Source: Camelus dromedarius | Taxonomy: Eukaryota | Assembly: GCF_036321535.1 (NCBI RefSeq) | Contig: NC_087437.1 | Location: 105,898,001-105,962,000, forward strand | Direction of reading: 5' to 3' | Length of the DNA stretch: 64,000 nt | In this document: one piece after another, positions 1 to 10,800 of the stretch | Layout: each line of letters opens with the position of its first letter | Numbering within the stretch: position 1 is the first letter of the stretch | Notes under the pieces: model-generated | Databases searched by the model: none | What the model saw: the letters and a program-made list of their open reading frames with translations, nothing else | What the model was told of the DNA's origin: nothing | Program-made: the position numbers and the translations under genes

Positions 1-1259
1 TTTGTGGTCACTTGCCCCAAATCATGAATACGGTAGCAATGCCAGATTTTGACCCAGAGGTACTCAGGGTCCAGGAAAAGCACAGACTACTATAAAATAG
101 TGATTATCAGGCTTGGTTAAAAATGCTTTTCATGAAAAAAGATGAAAAGATTCTTCCTATTGAACCAGACAATTTACAGACAATTGTTTCCCTTTGCTGT
201 TGTTCTTTCATGAACTGTTTTCCTGAACTTTTTTCCACTAAAGTACAACTTTATTAAGATCCAGTTTTAACTTATACTACGTTCATGGTATAGATATGCA
301 AGATTTTTAATTAGCTGCTTCTGGTTTTTCATCTCCAAACAAACAATATTCAGTAGTGGGTTTAATACCAAAAAAGGCATTTTCTACAAAAGAAAATTTA
401 CTTACAGTGTACACTCTTTTACAGGTTTTATCTTCTCTAGTTAGAAGATTGAATTAATCTTAGGAGTTCTGACAATTTCTAAGCATTGTTTACACACATA
501 TGCATCTAGTTATTTGAAAATGGCCTTGTTGCATTCAGGTACACTTTCAGACAGAAGACTCCGCTGAAACTCATTTTGGGGGAAAAATGAGTTTTTTCCT
601 ATTAAAAGAATAATTTTAAGTCAGTACATGTATGGCCATGCTAATATGTGTATCTTTAAAAGGTAGGAGAAGGTAATTTGAGGCCAGAGCTGATGAATCA
701 CAGGGTTGTCTGTCTGATAGGGTAAATGGAATTTTTTCAAAATGGTATTTGGGAAAGAAGCAAAATATTTGGAATTCAGCACTGTCCAAAGGTAAATATT
801 CTCTTAAGGAAAAACTGCAAACAGAAGGAAGGTAAGCTAATCTGTTTATGCCCCTTTTTAGCTGCCAGCTTATTATGCTGCAGGACAAAAATCATGTGGA
901 GATTTCTGTCTGGCAAACACACACACTCTGTATTTGGCAGTGTGTCCCTTGCCAGGAGTTTTCCAAGCAGAATTCTGATGTTATGAGGCTTCCTTATTAC
1001 TATATAATACATGGGGGGGGGGGGGGTGGAGAAGAAGGGGGGGAGGGGGAGGAGAATGAAGAAAGAAAGAAAAATTATATGACCAGGTATCATCACTACA
1101 CTGAATGAGACTTGGGCTCCCCAATATCTGATAAGACCAGCAATATATCTCAGAATTTATCTCTTTACAGTTTCAATTTCTATTGAATAATTAGCAGAAT
1201 ATTGGATTCACTTAAAACATACATTTCAGAAAACAAACTTTGACTTGTGTTCTTGAAAT

Positions 1260-1724
1260 TGTTGCCAAAAAACCAACCTCTGTACCCCAATAGCCAAATT
1301 GACAGTCAGAGGCAGAGTTCTGAGAGAATTAGGAAAGAGCAGCTTTATTGCCTTGCCAGGCAAAGGGAGTCAGAGCCGGCTCATGCCTTAAAGACTGAGC
1401 CCATCTTGGGGCTGGGATCTTGAGGTTTTATAGAAAAACCAGAGGGAACAGAAAAGGTGATAACAATCAGGGCATTTTACAGGGTGTTACATTCTCTTCA
1501 TCTTGATAAGAACTTGCTGTTGTTATGGGGGAATTGAGAAGGGTCTACCTGTTTTTCTTGAGGTTCAATCCATGACTTTCTTTCAAGACTTCCAGTGTAA
1601 AAGGATAAGTTATTCTAAGAAAAGAGAGCACAGGGAGGGGATTGTGTTAGTCATAAGATCAGTTTACCTAAAATTACAGGCTGGAACAACTCAGGAACAA
1701 TCTTGTCAATTTTCTACTCTTTCA
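1260..1724 (-). mobile_element. Solo ERV1-class LTR
   Basis: TG...CA termini, exact 4-bp TSD AAAT on both sides, minus-strand AATAAA (tttatt ~1344); 3' part resembles the 3' part of the LTR at 3351-3880. Confidence 0.8.
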
Positions 1725-2329
1725 AAATTACATTTCATTTCTATCTCTCAAGTCAAGTTTTGAATTTCTTTCTGAAGTTTACCTGGTGTTGAGCATTCAT
1801 CATATTTTCATAGAACAGCATCCACAGTCTTTTATGGTGATTCAAAGTGACTATTAAAAAACCACCTGTGTATTGACTCTGTTTAATATTAAACCAATAT
1901 TAAAGGCATATTTAGGGAATTCATCGATTTCCAGTTGAAGTATGTCTAGAGAATATGAAACATTTTCTTTCCCCTACTTCTCAGAATTGAATGCTACAGG
2001 ATAGCCCTCATGAGAAAAGCATAAACCCATAATTGTTATATAGAAAGTGTAGCACAGGCCACCATATGGGACATAATTCCAAGTACTGGAATTTTCTGCT
2101 AGCTGTGAGGAAGTTCCATTACTAAATGCAATGCCCCCAGGGAAAAAGGCCTCATCTCACAAGGTTATACTACGTGTACCTAGATGGAGTCAGCTATGTC
2201 ATAGGGGACAAATAAACGTTTGGTGAATTGAGCTGAAGTAGCTTAAGGTTGTGTTTTTCCTTTTTCTGGTGATTCCCGGTGCTAAAAATGGTATTTGGAG
2301 CAACAAAACTGGCGTAGCATGGAGTGTAT

Positions 2330-2657
2330 AGATCAACCTCAGGAGGGTACACTGAACAATGTTGTAGCTTTTCATAAACACAGCTGAAATCTTCCCTGAT
2401 AAAAACTAACTCTTATGGGGTCCACAGACATCTGGCAGATTCCTGCTCCAAGGCCCCTCTGCCCCCCACCTCATGGCCTTTCTCTTGCCTTTTAATGTAT
2501 CTCTCTGAATAAATCTACCTTCACTCAATTGTGGCTCACTCTTGAATACTTTGCTGCGTGAAGCCAAGGACCCACACTTGGCGGGGCACGGCCCAGGGGC
2601 TCAAAAGAGACCTGGGACGCAGCCCTCCTCATGCCCCACATCTGTTTTCCTGCATCA
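2330..2657 (+). mobile_element. ERV LTR, 3' portion (R/U5); left boundary uncertain
   Basis: AATAAA at ~2508 followed by U5-like sequence ending ...ttcctgcatCA at 2657, where it abuts the truncated LTR at 2658. Confidence 0.65.
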
Positions 2658-3118
2658 CCTTCAGAACTGTGAACCCCCCTTGGGGATGGGGTGGGGTGGT
2701 TATACAGCCAGAGCTCAAACAAAAAAGCATTGATAACAATCAACAGAATCATTTTCTCCTCAGAAGACTTAGAATGGTGATGTGACGCCTCCAGGCGACC
2801 AATTCTATAGAGGCCAGCACTTAGATCTCTTTATCTCGTAAGCACTCCAGGCGTGGTCTCCATGGTAATTCAGGCTATTTTGTAAGGTTACAGTCCTGTG
2901 ACCTTCTCCTTGGAGAACGACTTAGAGACCAAGCATGATTATTACTTTCAATTACTGTAATAAAGTAGACACAGTAAGAGCAACAGCTTTAGTTTTAACA
3001 ATGGGCCTGGAGCTGTGAGTAGCAACTGGTCAGTCAGGTCAGTTGACCGTTTTAAGGGCAAACATAAGAATAAGCAATCTGTTAGCCTAAGTGCAGCCAT
3101 TTTACTAATCCTCCTTCA
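2658..3118 (-). mobile_element. ERV1-class LTR, 3'-truncated; inverted copy of 3351-3754
   Basis: Reverse complement starts TGAAGGAGGATTA and aligns to 3351-3754 (about 18 mismatches in the first 208 nt by hand count); carries ~60 extra nt around 2850-2910. Confidence 0.9.
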
Positions 3119-3350
3119 ATAACAGGAAATCAAGAGTCACTTAAATGCTCAATAATAGATCGTTTATTTCTATGTAATCTGACAACCATTAGAATCATAT
3201 TTTAAAATGTACAAATATATACTAAGTGAGAAGCAATATTTTAATAAAGTTATACTATGATTAGAAAGATAAAACAATGTTTACAGTTGCTTAGGTGGTA
3301 GGTAGAATTCTGGAAAGTTTCATATACTGTGTCTATAATAAGAAATACAT

Positions 3351-3880
3351 TGAAGGAGGATTAATAAAATGGCCACACTTAGGCTAATAGATTGCTTATT
3401 CTTATGCTTGCCCTTAAAATGGTCAACTGACCTGACTGACCAGTTGATACTCACAGCTCCAGGTTCATCGTTAAAACTAAAGCTATTGATCTTACTGTTT
3501 CTATTTTACTACAGTAATTGAAAGCAATAATCATGCTTGGTCTCTGAGTCATTCTCCACTTCTTGAGTGCTTATGAGATAAAGAGATCTAAGTGCTGGCC
3601 TGTATAGAATTGGTCTCCTGGAGGCGTCACATCACCATTCTAAGTCTTCTGAGGAGAAAATGATTCTGTTGATTGTTATCGATGCTTTATTGTTTGGGCT
3701 CTGGCTATATAACCACCCCACCCAACCCCCAAGATGGGTTCACAGCTTTGAAGGCACTACCCTGCTGTGAGTCCCCTTTGCCCAGCCAAGTATTAAAGCT
3801 GTCTCTTTTCTTCTAAACTCCAAGACCTGATCTCTGGGTTATTTTGCTCATCAGGGGTGGGGGCCAACATTTCAGCAACA
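3351..3880 (+). mobile_element. Solo ERV1-class LTR
   Basis: TG...CA termini, near-TSD acat/atat, TATA-like ctatataa ~3705, ATTAAA ~3792. Confidence 0.9.
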
Positions 3881-3989
3881 ATATGATAAAAATATTGTTT
3901 TACAGTACAAACCAAATTGCACCAAAAATATACCATCTGAAAGCATATGCAACATGCTTATTTTTGAAGTACTGAAATGGGGCAGGTAC

Positions 3990-4513
3990 AATCGTTGTCC
4001 TAGATTTCTTGTTAGTAGGAAAAAGGCTTCATTCAGCCTCCTTTACCTTCCCTGATTTCCAAAGGGCAAATTCAAACAGTTGCTAATCGGAGAAGGGAGG
4101 GAGTCAGAGAAAAGGGAGGAGCAGTGAGGAAACAACACTTCAGCCTTGGGGCAGAGTCCTGGTTCCCCCTCAAGGAATACACAGAACAATATCTTTGAGT
4201 TCTCCTGCAGGGACTGAGGCCCCACCTGGGTGGAGGATGGCAACTTCAAGCTGAGCGCCAAGATCCCTGGACCCCGACCTGTTACCTCGCCACCAACCAA
4301 TCAGAAGAAAGTCACACACCTTGCTGCTCTCACCCCAAATTTTTCTTATAAAAATTTTTTCTGAAAACCATCAGAGAGTTCAGGTTTTTGGAGCATGAGC
4401 CTCTGGTTCTTCTTGCTTGGCCCTGCAATAAACCTTTCTCCACTCTAAACTCTGTCCTTTTGGTTTGTTTGTCCTCACTGTGCCTCAGGCACACAAACTT
4501 TTGTTCGGTAACA
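3990..4513 (+). mobile_element. Solo ERV LTR
   Basis: CCAAT box (~4297), tataaaa (~4347), ccctgcAATAAAcctttctc (~4421-4440), ends ...gtaaCA; the 3' part is similar to the LTR at 21469-22084. 5' boundary approximate. Confidence 0.8.
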
Positions 4514-4519
4514 GTACAT

Positions 4520-4625
4520 ACTCCATGAGACCAAGGATCTTCATTGTGTTGTACTTGCATTCTGAGTTTCTAGCACAGTGCCGGGCCCACAGGAGGTGTT
4601 TAATAAATGTCATTTGAATGAACAT
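4520..4625 (+). mobile_element. L2 3' end fragment
   Basis: ctagcacagtgcc...aataaatg...tgaatgaa, the typical L2 terminus. Confidence 0.65.
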
Positions 4626-5416
4626 AATCTATTAATCCATCAGAGATAAAATGAGGCTTTCAGATCTCTCTCCTGGAATTGTGCGGAATTCTAATATTTA
4701 GCTTTACTTCTTACAAAAGTGCTTCCATTTCACAAACCAACCCTCCTCTCTAGTGGGGGAAGAAAAGCACTGTGGGCCTCCAACGCTTACTCATTTAAAT
4801 TTTAATCCTCCCAAAATATAAAAAAATAACGCACTTCGTCTTACTCTAATTTCACTTCAGAAATGACATTTTGTGAAAAAGTGTATCTCAGTCAAGGAGG
4901 AACAAAAATATTTTGATTATATTGAATTCACCATTCTGGGTTCATCTCTTCAGATGCCTTTACTAAAAATAACTATGGTAGTCTGTCCCTATCTGTATGA
5001 CCTTACATGGTAATTTGAAAAATCTATCCCCTGGCCATTTATCTCTAACTATAAAAGTAATAAATTCTCCTTAAACCAACATCATGTAATAAAATAAGCC
5101 TTTTTAAAGCAACACACATGCACATGCGCACAAACAAACACACACACACACACACACTTTTTCCTGAGTGGTTTGGAAGAAAAATAGAAATGGTCCTTTC
5201 TATTCCAATGAAATAACATAAGTAGTATAATGTTATTATAATACCAAGTATATGTTCAACAAAATTAACTTGTGCTGAAGGATTTCCCTTCAAGGAGTAT
5301 ATTTTAATAACATTTCTCTCATTGTAATATTTTCCTTTCAAAGGAGACTGCTAAATTTATTCATTACTTCTACAGTTTGAAACACTGTCTCCAAGAATAA
5401 AAGGAAACATGAGTAC

Positions 5417-5888
5417 TGTTGACTGAAATAAATGGGCAGCCTAAAAGTTGAGAGTTATGTTTTATTTCCTTGGAGGACTCCAGCCGGATGATCACTCTGA
5501 GGGATTGCTCCAAAGAGGTAGGGGAGGAGCTAGAGTATATAGGAGCTTTACAACAAAGACCAGGTAGTTGGAACAATAAAAGATTACTTGTTAACCAAAG
5601 AAAACCCGGCATCTCAAGAAGTTAAAAAATTTAGTGCTTTTCCATGTATGGGAGGAAGCAAACATTTGGGCTCATTGAATTCGTCCCATTGACAAGCACC
5701 TAGCTGTCTAGGGCCAGTATGCTGTCCTTTCTTATTCTGAGTCCCCTCAGGGTGCACCATTGTGAGTGGCTGCAGAGGCCCGGCTGCAGGCTTGTCTTCA
5801 CTGGGGGGGTGGCGGCAGCGGCTGATAACTTGATGGTTTCAGCATAATCTTTGTTTACTGATATGGTTTGCAGTATTTTTCATTCACA
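5417..5888 (-). mobile_element. Solo ERV1-class LTR, same family as 12622-13098
   Basis: TG...CA termini, exact TSD GTAC, minus-strand AATAAA (~5461) and TATA (~5536); aligns along its whole length with 12622-13098. Confidence 0.9.
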
Positions 5889-6624
5889 GTACAATTTATG
5901 GAAAAATGGTAAGTAAAGGAAGTTGACCTAGTTATGGCTGAATTATCACACCAGCTGCAGTTCGTGCAGGAGCTGACATCATTGTGAAAACCACCCCTCT
6001 CAGCTGCAGGCACAGGGGACAGCCACCAAGGCACAAGTTAAGCCAAGAAGTTTTGGGTGATAAGTAAAGGCCTGTAGATGAAACACACACAGCGCTCCGA
6101 GTTACTTCAGCAAACGATGTGTCACTGTCACCAAAGGGAGGAAAGAATCAGGAAACAAGAAGTCTTAAAGTGTAGCCTACTTTAGCCCCTGAAGTGCAGA
6201 ATAGAGCTTTCTTTGGTACCTGATTCTGTAAGCTCTCTGTCATCCACAGTGATTTCCAAGAAAGGAGGAGAAAAATCACAAGTCTTTTGAGAAAAGGAAT
6301 ATATTTTTTCCTTGATAAACTCAAAAACGTAGGAGAAAAGATAAAAGATGGAGTAGAGTCACTGTTGTCTCACGACAGCACTGGTCTCTCTCTCTCTCTC
6401 TGTCTCCTTTTATCTTTTTCATTTATTCTTATAAACAAGAATTTGAATCTTACCAGCTCTGGGCATTGAATCTACAAATTAAAATTTTACAGGATCTTAA
6501 ACTTTGTATTTTCTATAAGAGCTGGGAAAGTTCCTCTTCCACATCTCTATTTACCAGAGGACCAAAGCTGTTAAATTCAAGGAGTCAGTATTACTGTATT
6601 TTCAAAACTTCCTAATTTAGTAAT

Positions 6625-6800
6625 TTACTCATTTGTTCATTCTACAAATTTTTACAGAGTGTCTATATATATATTCTGAACTCAGTTCTGCACTGGGGAT
6701 ACAGCAGTTTACAGGCTGGCTCTTATGGATTTTACATGGTAAAATATACCAAAAAGTAACATAAAAATAAGTAAATTACATAGTTGTTAGACGGAAGTCT
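6625..6800 (-). mobile_element. L2 3' fragment, continuing at ~8520-8830 after the L1/SINE insertion
   Basis: cattt/gttcattc...ctggggatacagcag motifs typical of the L2 3' end in reverse orientation. Confidence 0.55.
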
Positions 6801-6807
6801 TGTTTTT

Positions 6808-8331
6808 TACAGAGCAATAGAGAACACAGAAATAGATCCACATAAATATAGTCAATTGATCTTTGAGAAAGAAACAAATGCAATACATGGAGGAGTCTTT
6901 TTAAGAAAAGTTGCTGAAACAACTGGACATCCACATACAAAAAGAAAAAAGAAAAAGAAAAAGAAATGAACCTAGAGACAAACTCCACACCCTGCATAAA
7001 AATGAACTCAAAATGGGTAACAGACCTAAATGAAAATCACAAAACTATAAAACTTCTAGAAGATAACATAGAAGAAAATTTAGATGACCTTTGATATGGC
7101 AGTAACTTTTTAGGTACAATGCCAAGGGCACAACCCATGAAAAATATAATTGAAAAGCTAGAGTTTATTAAAATGAAAGAAATTCTGCCCTGCAAAAGAC
7201 AATGTTAAGAGAATAAGAAGATAGATCACAGACCGGGAAAAAATATTTGCAAAAGCCACATCTGATAAAGGACTGTATCTAAAATATACAAAGAACATTT
7301 AAAACTCAACAACAAGAAAACAAATAACCTGAATAAAAATTGGGCCAAAGACCTCACTAAAGAAGATATGTAGATGGCAAACAAGCATATGAAAAGATAC
7401 TCTGCATCATATGTCATCAGGGAAATGCAAATTAGAACAACAATGAAATACTACTACACATCTATAAGAATAGCTCCAATTCACTGATAAGCACCAAATG
7501 CTGGAGAGGAAGTGGAGCAACAGGAACTTTCATTTATTGCTGGGGGAACTCAAAACAGTTTAGACACTTTGGAAAACAGTCTGGCAGTTTCTTGCAAAAG
7601 TAAACATTCTCGTACCATATGATTCAGCAATCACATTCCTTAGTATTTACCCAAAAGACTTAAAAACATGCCCACACAAAAACCTACATACAGAAGTCTA
7701 TAGCAGCTTTATTCATAATTGCCAGAATGTGGAAGCAGCCAAGATGTTCTTCAGCAGATGAACAGATAAACTGGTTCATCCAGACAATGGAATATTATTC
7801 AACACTGAAAAGAAAAGACCTATCAAGCAATGAAAAGACATGGAGAAACTTTAAATGCATATTACTAAATGAAAAAAGTCAATCTGAAAAGGCTACACAC
7901 TGCATGATTCCAACTACATGATATTTTGGAAAAAGCAAAACTATGGAAATAGTAAAAAAAAAAAAAAATCAGAGGTTGATGGATGGTAGGAGTGTGATAA
8001 ATAGGCAGTGCACAGAGGATTTTTAGGGCAGTGAAAATATTCTGCATTACACCATAATGACAGATACATGTCAATACACTTTTGTTCAAACCCATAGAAC
8101 ATACAACACCAAAAGTGAACTGTAATGTTATAATATAAATTATGGACTTTGGGTGAAAATGATGTGTCAATGAAGGTTCATCAATTGTAACAAAAGTACC
8201 ACTCTGGTGAGGGATGTTGATAATGGGGAAGGCTATGCCTGTGTGAGGACAGGGGGTTTGTGGGATATCTCTATACTTTCCTCTTAATTTCACTATGAAC
8301 CTTAAACTGCTTTAAATAAAATAAAGTCTAA
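6808..8331 (+). mobile_element. 5'-truncated L1 (ORF2 C-terminal region plus 3' UTR), degenerate, L1MB/MC-like
   Basis: Translates in pieces to L1 ORF2 motifs (EIDPHKYSQLIF, WKQPRC, MEYYS), followed by L1 3' UTR and an A-rich tail; many stops. Confidence 0.92.
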
Positions 8332-8506
8332 GGGGGGAGGATACAGCTCAAGAGGTAGAGCACATGCTTAGCATGCATGAGGTCCTGGGTTTAATCCCCA
8401 GTACCTCCTCTAAAAATAAATAAACCTAATTAACTCCCCACCCACAAAAAATTAAAAAATAATAAATTTTAAAATATTTTTAAAGTTAAAAAATTTAATA
8501 AAAGAT
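8332..8506 (+). mobile_element. tRNA-derived SINE, camelid Vic-1 type
   Basis: GGGGGGAGGATACAGCTCAAGAGGTAGAGC (A box) ...GGGTTTAATCCCCAG (B box), AT-rich tail, 12-bp TSD AATAAAGTCTAA at 8320-8331 and 8507-8518. Confidence 0.88.
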
Positions 8507-8519
8507 AATAAAGTCTAAT

Positions 8520-8830
8520 AAAAGAAATAATAATAAGTGCAAAGGCAGATCAGAGGGAGTGATTGGAATGGCTGTGGAATGTGACATTTGGCCAAGAATG
8601 TGAACGAAGAACTAAATGAGACACGCAGCTGTCTGATGGAAAAACTTTCCAGGCAGAAGAGCAGAAGCAGCAGCTAATGCAAAGCCCATGAAGTAGGAAG
8701 GTGTTGGCATCTTGAAAAACAGCAAGAAACCCAGCACCATTAGTAAGAAATGAGAGAGTACAGAGTGATGGAGTGGGTCAGGTAGCAGAGTCCAGATCAC
8801 AAAGGACTCTGCAGGAGATTTATCAAGATG
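8520..8830 (-). mobile_element. L2 fragment
   Basis: ttccaggcaga...tgcaaagccc...aacagcaagaaa...ccagatcaca motifs of L2. Confidence 0.6.
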
Positions 8831-8874
8831 AGGAAGTGTCCTCCCACTCAAGGTTCAATCAGAGTTTCTTTTTT

Positions 8875-10030
8875 AATTGTGAATGGATGTTAAATTTTGT
8901 AAGATACATTTTTTGCATAAAATAAAGATGATTATGTATTTTTTTTCTTTTTATTCTGTTGATATGGTAAATTATAGCCATTGACTTTGGAATGCTGAAA
9001 CTATCTTCCATTTGTGGGAGAAACCCCATTTGGTCATGATATATAGTTCCTTTTTTATATATTACAGAATTCAATTTGCTGAAATTTCTTGGTAATTTTC
9101 ATCTGTATTCACAAGTGATACTGACTGTAGTTTCTTATAGATAGTACATTGTGTTTTATCTTGACTGATAGACTTGCCTTTTATATTTAATGTAATTATT
9201 GATATCATTGGATTTCAACCTATCATCTTGATTTCTGTTTTTCATTTGCTCCATCTGTAATATATTCCTTTATTCTCCTTTCCTGTCTTCTTCTGTATTC
9301 ATTATTATTTAATCTTTCTTTTTAATTATACTATTGGCTTAATAATTATGTCACTTTAAAAAATAAACTTTAGTGACTTTCTCTAGTGTGTACAATTAAC
9401 ATTTTTAACTTAGTATTAGTACCATCAAATATTTTTACACCATTCATGTATACTTCCACTTTCTCTTTCTCATCTTGTGGACTATTTTTCACACATTTTG
9501 CCTCTACATATGTCATAAACTCACAATACTTTACGAATTTGTTATTAAAATAAATTATCATTCAAAGAGTTTAATACTCAATTTCCATCAGACTTCATAC
9601 TCTTTCTGCCTGAGGAATTTCTTTTCACGTATCTTGTGCCGCAGGTCTCTGGCAATAAATTCTCTTGGTCTTTGTTTGAAAACATATTTATTATCCCTCC
9701 ATTTTTGGAAGATATTTTCACTAGACACAGAATCTGGTCGACATTACTATTTGTTTCAGCATTTTACGCTCACTCCTTCAGTTGTCTTCTGTCTTACAAA
9801 GTCTTTGATGAAAAACCTGATATATTTCTTACCTTTCCTCCTCTCTGCATAATGCTTTACTTATCCCACTCATAAGCTCCCTTTAAGATTTTCTTTTTAT
9901 CTTTGGTTTTTCACAGACTGACTATGATGTGTCTAAATATGTGAGGTTGTTTTTATTGTTGTTTTTGTTTTATTTTGTTTTGATATTTATATTGCTTAGG
10001 GTTATCTGGGCTTCTCGGATCTGTGGTTGC
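8875..10030 (-). mobile_element. Old L1 ORF2 fragments
   Basis: T-rich on +; the minus strand translates to IYHDQMGFLPQM...IPKSMAIIYHINRIK (L1 RT motif HHDQVGFIPGMQ). Confidence 0.85.
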
Positions 10031-10514
10031 TTTTCTTTCATTAATGCTAGAAAATATAATGTATTATACCTGCTCTCGTCGTCCCACTCCTGCCCCTTTG
10101 GATTTATCTCCTGTCTTTGGATCAATTTTCTGGGTTTAAATACCAACATTTCTTACAGATCTAAATTCAGCCTCAACTTAGGTACTCCAACCTCACCCTT
10201 CTTAGTATAACTACTTTTCGAGTCTCAGTGCATGTGATGCACAGATTCCCAGATTCTTTGGATCTGAAATGAGCATCATGTTTACATGTTAATGTTTTTG
10301 GAAAAAAAATAGGTTCTTCAATATTTATTATATGACATAGTCTTTTGCATGATTTCTGCTAATTCTATTTATTTGAACTGTCCAAATCTCTTTGGATAGA
10401 ATTCTACACAATTTTGGATAGAATTCTACACAACTACTATTTTGTAAAAGCTATTGACTAAAAAATTAAGTTGCTATCCTAGGAACATCCTGATTTTACT
10501 ACATATTTGCATCC

Positions 10515-10800
10515 ATCAGAAAAGCCTAGGTTATGCTTGGCAATAACTCCAAATTCAGTGACTTAGAACTGTAACAGTTGTGCTACACCTTGCTCTGCTG
10601 TGCATCACATTATTCAGGATGCCACACTGCATCTCAGTGTGGCCACAATTTCCAAGGCCAAAAAAAAAGGACATGGTGAATCAGGTACCAGACAGTAAAT
10701 CTCTCACCTGTAAGCGGTACCCGTTACTTCCACCCATTTCAATGATCAAAGTCAGTCACGTGGCCACACCTAATTTCAAGAAATGCCAGGAGGAGAAATT
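10515..10800 (-). mobile_element. Old MaLR LTR fragment (MLT1-type)
   Basis: ctaggttatgct...cagtgactta and agtcacgtggccacacctaa motifs. Confidence 0.55.

Noticed and set aside
1013..1050. Poly-G tract as a functional G-quadruplex
   Set aside because: Simple homopolymer/purine run with no supporting context; such runs are also error-prone in assemblies.
7865..8293. 142-aa ORF
   Set aside because: Antisense to an L1 3' UTR.
8332..8410. tRNA gene
   Set aside because: tRNA-like head continues into a SINE body and tail with a TSD, so it is a retroposon.
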